Source of the DNA: Candidatus Nomurabacteria bacterium | Lineage (GTDB): Bacteria; Patescibacteriota; Minisyncoccia; Phycocordibacterales; UBA9973 | Reading direction: 5' to 3' | Assembly: GCA_943350875.1 (NCBI GenBank) | Contig: CALRAL010000001.1 | Location: 4,829-68,828, forward strand | DNA: 64,000 nt | In this document: in pieces, positions 28,288 through 36,999 of the stretch | How the letters are laid out: each line of letters opens with the position of its first letter | Position numbering within the stretch: the stretch's first letter is position 1 | Notes under the pieces: generated by a model | The model's database searches: none | Told to the model about the DNA's origin: nothing | The model's input: the letters and a program-made list of their open reading frames with translations, nothing else | Position numbers and translations under genes: made by a program

Positions 28288-28602
28288 CTCAAAACTCTGA
28301 GAGCAAAAATTCAAAAAAATTAATTTGCCAAAAAAAATCAAGAAGCACGCGAAGCGAATTTTGCGAAATACTTTCCCCCAAACCCCCAGCATTTCGCAAA
28401 ATTTCGCTCGCGTTCCGCATTTCTGCACTCCGCCTCCTTTGCCCCCAAAACATTGTGGCGGAGTGCAGAGCATTCTCCCGCACTTCTGCTTCAGCAGAAG
28501 CTCTGTGCTTCGCACAGAGGCGCTTCAGCGCGCGGGGAACGCTTGTGGATATTCTCACGAATTTTTGATAAAGTAAGTTCGAGCGGAATCGTAAAGACAC
28601 TC
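28288..28602. repeat. Element 1 IR-B outer copy (315 bp, diverged)
   Basis: Reverse complement of 24817-25127, with compensatory changes in stems. Confidence 0.9.
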
Positions 28603-29484
28603 ATGGAAAAAGAAGAAATACAAAATAAAATAGGTACATTAGAAAAGGAAATGACAAGTCCAGATTTTTGGAATGATAAAATAAAAGCGCAAAATATCAT
28701 AAAAGAAATTGCTGAATTAAAGTCAAAGAAAGAGGGTTTTGGAAAATATGATAAAGGGAATGCAATCATCACTATTATCTCTGGCGCAGGAGGGGATGAT
28801 TCTGAAGATTTTGCAAATATGTTGCTCCAAATGTATGTGAAATATGCTGGGAAAAAAGGCTGGGGTGTTTCTTTCATTCATGAAAATAAAAATGAACATG
28901 GTGGTTATAAAAATGTATCTTTTGAAATAGAGGGAAAGGGCGCTTATGGGAATTTAAAAAACGAAGGAGGAGTGCATCGTCTCGTACGTATTTCTCCTTT
29001 TAATGCTAAAAAATTACGTCATACTTCTTTTGCACTGGTTGAGGTTTTGCCAAAATTCTCAAAACTCGAAGAGAAGGATTTTGTGATTCCAGAAGCGGAT
29101 TTGAAAATAGAATTTGCTCGCTCCGGTGGTCCTGGCGGGCAAAATGTGAACAAGAGAGAGACTGCAGTTAGAGTGGTGCATATTCCAAGTGGTATAGCTG
29201 TGCATGCTTCAAATGAGCGTTCGCAAGAGCAGAATAGGGAGCGAGCAATGGCAATCCTGCGGGCTAAAATATTCAAAAAAGCTGAACAAGATAAAAAAAC
29301 AATAGAAGAAAGTCTAAAATTAACTAAAAATACTCAGATAGAGTGGGGGAATCAGATTCGTTCGTATGTTTTGCACCCGTATAAAATGGTGAAAGACCAT
29401 AGGACAGAAGCAGAGACTTCCAATGTTGACGAAGTCCTCGCTGGCGATTTAGAACTATTCATTGAAGCGGAGAAAAATTTGTAA
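28603..29484 (+). CDS. prfB: Peptide chain release factor 2 (short form)
   Basis: GVHRLVRISPF, GPGGQNVNK, WGNQIRSY; ATG at 28603. Confidence 0.92.
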   Translation: MEKEEIQNKIGTLEKEMTSPDFWNDKIKAQNIIKEIAELKSKKEGFGKYDKGNAIITIISGAGGDDSEDFANMLLQMYVKYAGKKGWGVSFIHENKNEHGGYKNVSFEIEGKGAYGNLKNEGGVHRLVRISPFNAKKLRHTSFALVEVLPKFSKLEEKDFVIPEADLKIEFARSGGPGGQNVNKRETAVRVVHIPSGIAVHASNERSQEQNRERAMAILRAKIFKKAEQDKKTIEESLKLTKNTQIEWGNQIRSYVLHPYKMVKDHRTEAETSNVDEVLAGDLELFIEAEKNL

Positions 29485-29503
29485 TTGTGATACAATTAGT
29501 AGT

Positions 29504-30286
29504 ATGAACCCTTGGATACAGCTAAGTATTGATTACGCAAATCAGAGAAGTTATTTGGATGATCTTTTTAAAGTTTATCCAACTATACCAGATGGTATAC
29601 GCGAAATTAATGAAGAACTTTGGAAAAATATAGAAAACTCCTTCAAAAGTAAAAACAATAAAAACTTAATTGAAAATTTAGTTAAGTTAGATTTATTTCC
29701 TATCAAAGATTCCTATGTTGCTTATTTAAAGAAAGATAAAACAGCTTCTCTAAGAAATCCAAAAACAATATCAAGATTAGCAGGGCGTTTATATGAAATG
29801 GGTTTGAATACTATCTATGAACGTTGTTCAGAGCCAAAAGAAACAAATAGACAAATTGGTCCGTTGTTTCGTCGTTGGTTGAGTAGCAAATCTTTAGGTG
29901 TTCCATACTTGGAATCTACAGAATTTTTAGCTACAAAAGAAAATGCTGTGCTAGATGCAGGTGATGCAGAAATGATGACTTTTGCTAAAAAACATTTTAA
30001 TTATAAACACAATAAAGGGTTAGATTTTATTGCTCGTTTTAATGGTAAATATGTAATTGGGGAAGCGAAATTCTTGACTGACTTTGGTGGACATCAAAAT
30101 GCCCAATTTAATGATGCTATTTCTACAATAAAAACTAAGCATGTAAATGCAGTTAAAATAGCTATTTTAGATGGAGTTCTTTATATTAAAGGAAATAATA
30201 AAATGTATAGAAGTATTACGACAAAATATAAAAAAGAAAATATAATGAGTAGTCTTGTATTACGTGAATTTCTTTATCAACTTTAA
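29504..30286 (+). CDS. Type II restriction endonuclease (Tsp45I-like by recollection)
   Basis: LDF...IGEAK PD-(D/E)xK motif next to a methylase; family assignment unverified. Confidence 0.7.
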   Translation: MNPWIQLSIDYANQRSYLDDLFKVYPTIPDGIREINEELWKNIENSFKSKNNKNLIENLVKLDLFPIKDSYVAYLKKDKTASLRNPKTISRLAGRLYEMGLNTIYERCSEPKETNRQIGPLFRRWLSSKSLGVPYLESTEFLATKENAVLDAGDAEMMTFAKKHFNYKHNKGLDFIARFNGKYVIGEAKFLTDFGGHQNAQFNDAISTIKTKHVNAVKIAILDGVLYIKGNNKMYRSITTKYKKENIMSSLVLREFLYQL

Positions 30287-30294
30287 ATTTTTAT

Positions 30295-31521
30295 ATGTTT
30301 ATAACATACAAAAACAAAAAAGAAGAATTTGAGATCTTAAATACTCCAAAAGCGAGCCTAGAAATTATTTCAGGGAAAGGTTCAAAAAATAAACTTATTC
30401 AAGGTGATAATTTAAGTATTCTTCAGTCTTTAATGAAAGATTATAATTTGAAAGGAAAAATTGATTTGATTTATATTGATCCGCCTTTTGCCACCAATAC
30501 TGATTTTAAAATAGGAGATAGAACAAGTACTATCAGTAGTAGCAATCTTGATGAAATTGCGTATAGCGATACATTAATTGGGGATGATTTTTTGGAGTTT
30601 TTAAGAGAGAGATTAATTTTGCTTCGTGAATTATTGTCAGAAAGAGGCTCTATTTATTTACATATTGATTATAAAATTGGTCATTATGTAAAATTGATAA
30701 TGGATGAAGTTTTTGGAGTAAAAAACTTTCGTAATGATATAACCAGAATTAAATGCAACCCAAAAAATTTTCATAGAAAAGCATATGGCAATGTGAAAGA
30801 TATGATACTTTTTTATACAAAAAATGGAAATCCTATTTGGAATGATCCTCGTGTTGCTTTTTCGAATGAAGACGAAGAACGGTTATTTAAAAAAACTGAT
30901 AAAGATGGAAGAAAATACACAACAATACCATTACATGCTCCAGGAGAAACAACAAAGGGAAATACGGGTAAAGAATGGCGTGGTGTTAAACCACCAAAAG
31001 GACGGCATTGGAGAACCGACCCAAAAATTCTTGAAGAATGGGACAAAGAAGGTTTGATTGAGTGGTCAAAAAATGATGTTCCAAGAAAAAAAATTTATAT
31101 TGATGAAAGGGATGGTAAAAAAACACAAGATATTTGGGAGTTTAAAGATCCGCAATATCCCAATTATCCAACCGAAAAAAATCTTAATCTGCTTAAATTT
31201 ATTATTTCCGCTTCATCTAATAAAGATAGTATTGTTTTAGATTGTTTTTGTGGTTCAGGTACAACATTAATAGGTGCACAAGAATTGGATAGGAATTGGA
31301 TAGGAATAGATCAGTCAGAACAAGCAATAAAAGTTATAAAAGAACGCTTAAATAAAATACAAAATGGTTTTTTTTCAAAAAAAGATTATGAATTTATTAT
31401 AGAAGGTAAAGAATTAATACATCCAAAATATACAATAGAAGATATGGTAAAAGGTATTACAAAGAAAAATAGACACAAGGAAGTTGATTGGGGGCCTCCA
31501 AGAGGTAAAGAAGTATGGTAG
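30295..31521 (+). CDS. Beta-class N6/N4 DNA methyltransferase with MazE-like C-terminal tail
   Basis: DPPF before YPTEK and DCFCGSGTT; tail YTIEDMVKGITKKNRHKEVDWGPPRGKEVW. Confidence 0.9.
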   Translation: MFITYKNKKEEFEILNTPKASLEIISGKGSKNKLIQGDNLSILQSLMKDYNLKGKIDLIYIDPPFATNTDFKIGDRTSTISSSNLDEIAYSDTLIGDDFLEFLRERLILLRELLSERGSIYLHIDYKIGHYVKLIMDEVFGVKNFRNDITRIKCNPKNFHRKAYGNVKDMILFYTKNGNPIWNDPRVAFSNEDEERLFKKTDKDGRKYTTIPLHAPGETTKGNTGKEWRGVKPPKGRHWRTDPKILEEWDKEGLIEWSKNDVPRKKIYIDERDGKKTQDIWEFKDPQYPNYPTEKNLNLLKFIISASSNKDSIVLDCFCGSGTTLIGAQELDRNWIGIDQSEQAIKVIKERLNKIQNGFFSKKDYEFIIEGKELIHPKYTIEDMVKGITKKNRHKEVDWGPPRGKEVW

Positions 31522-31566
31522 AAAATCTTTTGTTTTACTAATCTGCAATTATGCTATAATTGATAG

Positions 31567-32247
31567 GTGATTTATTTTAACAATGTTTCAAAAGTTTATA
31601 ACAAGGATTCGGTGGCACTCGATGATGTGACATTGACCATAAAAGCAGGTGAATTTGTCTCTATCGTGGGGCATTCTGGGGCGGGGAAGACGACACTACT
31701 TAAAATGATTCTTGCAGAGGATGTGCCCACCAATGGCACAGTGTTTTTTGAGTCTCAAAATGTGCATAAATTGAAAAATAAAGATTTGACCAAGCTACGT
31801 TGTCGTATTGGGACAGTTTTTCAAGATTTTAAACTTTTATCAAACAAAACTGCTTATGAGAATATCGCTTTTGCTATGGAAGCAGTAGGGAAAACAGACG
31901 AGGAGATAGCCGGTGACGTACCACATGTTTTAGAGCTTGTAGATTTAGGTAGTAAGATTTTCCATTTTCCGCATCAAATGTCAGGCGGTGAACAGCAACG
32001 CCTTGCTATTGCTCGAGCTATTATCAATCAACCAGAACTCATTATTGCCGATGAACCGACTGGGAATTTGGACCCTATAAATACTTACGAGATTGTGCAA
32101 ATTCTTAAAAAAATAAATGACCTTGGCACCACTGTGATATTAACGACGCACAACAGAGGCGTGATAGACTCAGTCGGCAAGAGAGTGGTGACGATGGAAA
32201 AAGGAAAAGTTATTAGAGATGACAAAGAAGGGAAATACGTTATATAA
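31567..32247 (+). CDS. ftsE: Cell division ATP-binding protein FtsE
   Basis: GHSGAGKT, VFQDFKLL, SGGEQQR, ADEPTGNLD. Confidence 0.93.
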   Translation: MIYFNNVSKVYNKDSVALDDVTLTIKAGEFVSIVGHSGAGKTTLLKMILAEDVPTNGTVFFESQNVHKLKNKDLTKLRCRIGTVFQDFKLLSNKTAYENIAFAMEAVGKTDEEIAGDVPHVLELVDLGSKIFHFPHQMSGGEQQRLAIARAIINQPELIIADEPTGNLDPINTYEIVQILKKINDLGTTVILTTHNRGVIDSVGKRVVTMEKGKVIRDDKEGKYVI

Positions 32248-32260
32248 TTAATCAATTTTT

Positions 32261-33178
32261 ATGATCGGATTTAAAAGGATTTTAAAAGCTGGATTCATAA
32301 ACTTCAAAAGAGGTGGACTCGTTTCTTATGCATCTGTATTGGTGATGACTATTACTCTCTCGGTCATCACTGCTCTTATTTTGCTCCAAGCTGTGCTTCA
32401 CTTTTCACTTGATCAAATAAAAAACAAAGTGGACGTGACGATTTATTTTAATGTAAATGCTGACGAAGATAAAATAACAGCTTTGAAATCATATTTAGAA
32501 AAAATGCCAGAAGTGGCAGAAGTTTCTTACACTTCATCTGCACAGGCATTGAAGATCTTTCGTGACAGGCATTCTGCAGATTATCCTACTATTCAAGCTT
32601 TGGATGAGATAGGTCAGAATCCTCTCGGTGCTTATTTGAATATCAAAGCCAAAGAGGTTTCTCAATATGAAAGCATTGCAAACTTCTTGAAATCAGACAA
32701 TGCTCTCGTACTAGGTTCTGCTTCAATTATAGATAAGGTGAATTATTATCAAAACAAACTTGTGATAGACAGGTTAAATAATATAATTTCTGGGGCACAA
32801 AAACTTGGCTTCTTGATAACTATTATTTTGGTTATAATTTCTATTATTATTACCTTCAATACTATCCGTTTGGCTATATTCATTTCTAAGGAAGAAATAG
32901 GGGTGATGCGTCTAGTTGGAGCGAGTAAAATGCGTACTAGAGGGCCATTTTTAGTGGAGGGAGCTGTTTATGGGTGTATTGCCACTTTTGTCACCTTTCT
33001 CTTGTTTTGGCCTATTACAGCGTGGTTGGGGCACAATATGACTCCGCTTTTAGGCACAAATATGTATGATTATTACTTTTCAAATATATTGCAAATACTA
33101 GCCATAGTCTTGCTTTCAGGTATCACAATTGGTATTCTTTCTTCGTTACTGGCCATCCGTAAATATTTAAATATATAA
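32261..33178 (+). CDS. ftsX: Cell division permease FtsX
   Basis: NTIRLAI...EIGVMRLVGA, PFLVEG; follows ftsE. Confidence 0.92.
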   Translation: MIGFKRILKAGFINFKRGGLVSYASVLVMTITLSVITALILLQAVLHFSLDQIKNKVDVTIYFNVNADEDKITALKSYLEKMPEVAEVSYTSSAQALKIFRDRHSADYPTIQALDEIGQNPLGAYLNIKAKEVSQYESIANFLKSDNALVLGSASIIDKVNYYQNKLVIDRLNNIISGAQKLGFLITIILVIISIIITFNTIRLAIFISKEEIGVMRLVGASKMRTRGPFLVEGAVYGCIATFVTFLLFWPITAWLGHNMTPLLGTNMYDYYFSNILQILAIVLLSGITIGILSSLLAIRKYLNI

Positions 33179-33182
33179 CAGT

Positions 33183-34850
33183 ATGTCAAAAAAAGAGGCA
33201 AAATATATTTTTGTGGTTGGAGGAGTTATTTCTGGAGTAGGGAAAGGTATTACTTCTTCTTCAATCGGAGTAGTATTACAGAATCGCGGACTCAAAGTGA
33301 CGGCTCTAAAAATCGACCCTTATATCAATATTGATGCTGGTACTATGAACCCCACTGAGCACGGTGAGGTTTTTGTATTGTCGGATGGTGATGAGACGGA
33401 TCAAGATATGGGGAACTATGAAAGATTTTTAAATTTGGATTTAACTAAGGTAAATTATATGACGACCGGTAGAGTGTATCAGACAGTCATAGAAAAAGAA
33501 CGAAATCTAGAATATAAAGGCAAATGTGTAGAAGTCGTACCTCATATACCACTTGAAGTTATAGCTAGGATAAAAAAGGCAGGTAAAGAAGCAGAGGCAG
33601 ATGTGGTGATAGTAGAGATAGGAGGGACGATAGGTGAATATCAAAACATGCTTTTCCTAGAAGCGGCCAGAATGATGAAAATAGAGTATCCAAAAGATGT
33701 GGTTTTTGTGATGGTTTCTTATTTACCGACTCCTTATGTGGTAGGAGAAATGAAGACCAAGCCTACCCAACATGCTTCTAGAATGCTCAACTCTTCGGGA
33801 ATTCAAGCTGACATATTAATAGCTCGAGCTGATACAAAACTGGATGAAAAAAGAAAAGAAAAACTTGCTCTGTCTTGTAGTGTGATAACTGACAGAATAA
33901 TTTCTGCGCCAGATGTAGAAAGCATTTATGATATTCCAATAAATTTCGAACGGGAAAAACTTTCAGATAAACTTTGCGATATCTTAGGTGTCACTTGTAA
34001 AAAGCCAGATGAGAAAGCTTGGAATAAATGGAAAGATTTTGCCAAGCATGCACATAATGGTAAAGAAACTATAGAAATAGCAATAGTAGGAAAGTATTTT
34101 GAAACAGGGGATTTTGTTTTGTCTGATGCATATCTATCTGTGATTGAAGCGATAAAATATTCTAGTTATGCCCAAAATAAAAAGCCAATTATTTATTGGC
34201 TCAATTCGACTGATTTCGAGGGTGATAAAAGTAAATTAAAAGAATTGAAGAAATATGATGGTATATTGGTACCAGGAGGATATGGTGCCCGAGGAGTAGA
34301 AGGCAAACTAAATGTGGTTAAATATGCCCGAGAGAACAAGATTCCGTATTTTGGACTTTGTTATGGAATGCAAATGATGGTGATAGAATACGCGCGGAAT
34401 GTTTTAGGTCTCAAAGATGCAAATACTAGAGAAATAAATCCAGATTCAAAAAATATAGTGATAGATGTGATGGATTCTCAAAAAGAACATTTGAAAAAGC
34501 ATTTATATGGTGGAACTAACAGACTTGGGAGTTATAAAGCTATTTTGCGTGATGGTACTATTGCGCGTTCTGCTTATGTCAAAAAAGAAATAGTAGAGCG
34601 TCACAGACATCGCTACGAAGTAAATCCTGCATTTATAGCAGAATTGGAGGCCAAAGGTTTAGTATTTTCAGGTCGTTCTCCAGATGGACAGTTGATGGAG
34701 ATAGCGGAACTTCCGAAAAAAGTTCACCCTTTCTTTTTAGGTACTCAATTCCATCCGGAATTTCTCGCCCGACCCCTTTCTCCACATCCACTTTTCACCG
34801 CTTTTATAAGAGCGTGTATTGCTAAGCTTGCCCACAATGCTAAAGCGTAG
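33183..34850 (+). CDS. pyrG: CTP synthase
   Basis: GGVISGVGKG, KIDPYIN, KTKPTQH, GLCYGMQ, QFHPE. Confidence 0.97.
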   Translation: MSKKEAKYIFVVGGVISGVGKGITSSSIGVVLQNRGLKVTALKIDPYINIDAGTMNPTEHGEVFVLSDGDETDQDMGNYERFLNLDLTKVNYMTTGRVYQTVIEKERNLEYKGKCVEVVPHIPLEVIARIKKAGKEAEADVVIVEIGGTIGEYQNMLFLEAARMMKIEYPKDVVFVMVSYLPTPYVVGEMKTKPTQHASRMLNSSGIQADILIARADTKLDEKRKEKLALSCSVITDRIISAPDVESIYDIPINFEREKLSDKLCDILGVTCKKPDEKAWNKWKDFAKHAHNGKETIEIAIVGKYFETGDFVLSDAYLSVIEAIKYSSYAQNKKPIIYWLNSTDFEGDKSKLKELKKYDGILVPGGYGARGVEGKLNVVKYARENKIPYFGLCYGMQMMVIEYARNVLGLKDANTREINPDSKNIVIDVMDSQKEHLKKHLYGGTNRLGSYKAILRDGTIARSAYVKKEIVERHRHRYEVNPAFIAELEAKGLVFSGRSPDGQLMEIAELPKKVHPFFLGTQFHPEFLARPLSPHPLFTAFIRACIAKLAHNAKA

Positions 34851-34914
34851 CTTTTGCCCGCCCGCATGACTAGCTTTAGCGTGTCGGGCAGGCAGGCGGG
34901 AAATAATAGTCTTC

Positions 34915-35517
34915 TTAAGAAAGTTTTTGTTTACGTTTTCGAATTAGGGAAACGATAAACATTGCAACAAGGGTGCCTATGGCAGCCATGGCCATATCTT
35001 TTGGTGTATCAAAGATGTCTCCTTGTGAACCATAGAATGAAGTAGCGAGGACTGGGTTCACAGTCTCGGCGGCGAGCCATTCAAATATCTCATATATTGC
35101 AGAGAAGGCGAGGATGGTTTCCATTGGTACATAATAACTCCAACCATTCTCTACTTTCTTTATATTTATTACAAATTCATGTACTGGGTAAAAAAATAAA
35201 AATCCAAACATAAAATGCGTGAATCTATCATACATATTTCTCGTAGATCCTAAGAATTCCCCCAAGCCATTTCCAAAAGGTACGCCTGTCACTCCATAAT
35301 GCGAAGTTACGAGTGGTAGGAGTAGGTATGCCACTATGAGGGTGAGAGATAAATTTGATATTTGGAGACGTTTTCCGAATATGCCAAAAAATATCAGCCC
35401 CACAAATATCGGGCTGTTCTCAAGCCACCAGTCTGACTGTGATGCCGGGGGGCGTATGCCTGACCATATAAGGACCACAACGAAAACTATCAGTAAAAAC
35501 CATTTATACTTGCTCAT
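34915..35517 (-). CDS. DUF2238-family membrane protein
   Basis: WWLEN, RNMYDRFTHF, YEIFEW, GSQGDIFDTPKDM. Confidence 0.85.
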   Translation of the reverse strand: MSKYKWFLLIVFVVVLIWSGIRPPASQSDWWLENSPIFVGLIFFGIFGKRLQISNLSLTLIVAYLLLPLVTSHYGVTGVPFGNGLGEFLGSTRNMYDRFTHFMFGFLFFYPVHEFVINIKKVENGWSYYVPMETILAFSAIYEIFEWLAAETVNPVLATSFYGSQGDIFDTPKDMAMAAIGTLVAMFIVSLIRKRKQKLS

Positions 35518-35582
35518 TTATAAAATAAATCTTAACTCTTTTTTTATCCAAATTCAAGACAAAATGTTGATAAAAAAGACGT

Positions 35583-35765
35583 GCTGTGTCTCTTGAATAA
35601 AATCCGAACTTTTTTCCAAAACAATCCGGATGCTGACTAATACCGACCAGCGCCTCGCAAAGCCTCGGCGCTCCGCCCTCGCCCCATTCCGCCTTTCATT
35701 CTAATTTTTTTCGCGGGGGGATTCTTTTTGAAATTGTATGGGCGGAAACGGGGCTCGGTCGGGCT
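35583..35765. repeat. Element 2 IR-B outer copy (183 bp)
   Basis: Reverse complement of 43192-43374; no mismatch seen. Confidence 0.92.
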
Positions 35766-36240
35766 TCTTCTAAGGAAGAAGCGGTCGGTAAATACGTGGT
35801 GTCTCGGACATTATACTATTTTTGATCGTCCGTGACCAAAGGAGTCCATCCTCGGCATTCGCCTCGGACATTTCCGCTAGGGCTACTCGCGCCTAGATGT
35901 CTAGGTTTGGCGCGTTTCCTCGCTCTACGGCACTGTGGTGCCGGAGCTCGGGCGCCAGCAGTTTGGGGGAAGGAAGGAATCCTTCCCCCAGCTTCGCCTC
36001 GTCTCGGCAGGGCTCGACCAACCGGCTCAGCCAACCCCCATCCTCGTTTTCATATCCGAGTATTTCTCAAGATTTTAGATTATCCTTTGTTTATATCGTC
36101 GGCGCTCATCCTTTAGCCACGGACGCCCGTCGCGGAAATGTCCGAGGCTCAAATTCGTATTGCACACTTGACCCACCCTCCCGTTCGCGTGTGCGCAAAA
36201 CCCCGCTCGCAAGGACGAGAGGCGTGCGAGCGGGGCTCCC

Positions 36241-36990
36241 TTAATTTTCTAAAACTTTTCTTGCGTTCCAGTATGCACACCAATCACAATGCTCACCAGA
36301 TTTTGGTATCACATCACTTTCTAAACATTTTTTAATTTCAAACAAAGTTTTTTCAACCCAAGAATCATCGCCTTTGTGTTCAATCAAATTGACATCAAAA
36401 TCAATTCGTTTATCAAATGCTTGTCTATCCATTTTTCCAGTGCAATATACAAAATAACCAATATCAGAGACCTTTAGCCCATTCTGCCTCAAAAGCCACT
36501 GATACACCTCCATTTGGCGTTTATAGCCATCTTGCCACTCTTTATCCAGCGCTTTAACAGCTTCATCCTTTGCAGTGGCTTTATAATCCACGACAATATA
36601 CTCGTCTTTTCCGTTGATCCACAAATCATCAATCGCACCAGTTACCAAAAGTCCAGTCGGCTCATGCAAATATCTAATACCACCAAAATTTCTTCGCCAT
36701 TCATCAAGCTCTTTGTGAGACATTGGTCGTGCGTCAATTCCATATTCTTTTTGTAGTGGGTGCTGTTCGTTTTTTGTACGGTATGAATCAAATTCTTGTT
36801 TAAGAAGATAATCAACCGCACTATTGATAGAAAACGGAAATCCGGGTACTCGTTTTACACCAAGTTTGTTATCAATGTAAAAACATCGTGGACACTCTTT
36901 AAACAAATCAATTTTAGAACGAGAAAGTTTCCAGTTCTTTCCGCCATAATTCCACCCATCACCTCTATTTGCTTTATAGTATTCAGACAT
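36241..36990 (-). CDS. PD-(D/E)XK nuclease (Cas4/AddB-like)
   Basis: LSRSK..CPRCFY, GAIDD, VDYK, QMEVY, CDWC. Confidence 0.88.
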   Translation of the reverse strand: MSEYYKANRGDGWNYGGKNWKLSRSKIDLFKECPRCFYIDNKLGVKRVPGFPFSINSAVDYLLKQEFDSYRTKNEQHPLQKEYGIDARPMSHKELDEWRRNFGGIRYLHEPTGLLVTGAIDDLWINGKDEYIVVDYKATAKDEAVKALDKEWQDGYKRQMEVYQWLLRQNGLKVSDIGYFVYCTGKMDRQAFDKRIDFDVNLIEHKGDDSWVEKTLFEIKKCLESDVIPKSGEHCDWCAYWNARKVLEN

Positions 36991-36999
36991 AAAATTTTG

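Larger units (their letters stand above)
22961..28602. mobile_element. tRNA-Thr-integrated serine recombinase element 1 with two inverted-repeat pairs
   Basis: CTC core at both ends; IR-A 22961-23106/24674-24819; IR-B 24817-25127/28288-28602. Confidence 0.85.

Noticed and set aside
28453-28602. 50-aa N-terminal extension of RF2, or a prfB programmed frameshift
   Set aside because: The extension is IR-B sequence; no CTTTGA slippery site or upstream RF2 fragment was seen.
22961-28602. Inverted repeats as an assembly artefact
   Set aside because: The same layout occurs in two elements with different repeat sequences, the B copies differ by compensatory changes, and the junctions reconstruct coherent att sites; read-level confirmation is still advisable.
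35816-36335. ORFs in the GC-rich block
   Set aside because: Composition is unlike the genome's coding regions and is dominated by palindromes; treated as non-coding.
36241-36990. Cas4-like nuclease suggesting CRISPR-Cas
   Set aside because: No repeat-spacer array or other cas genes were seen in the window.
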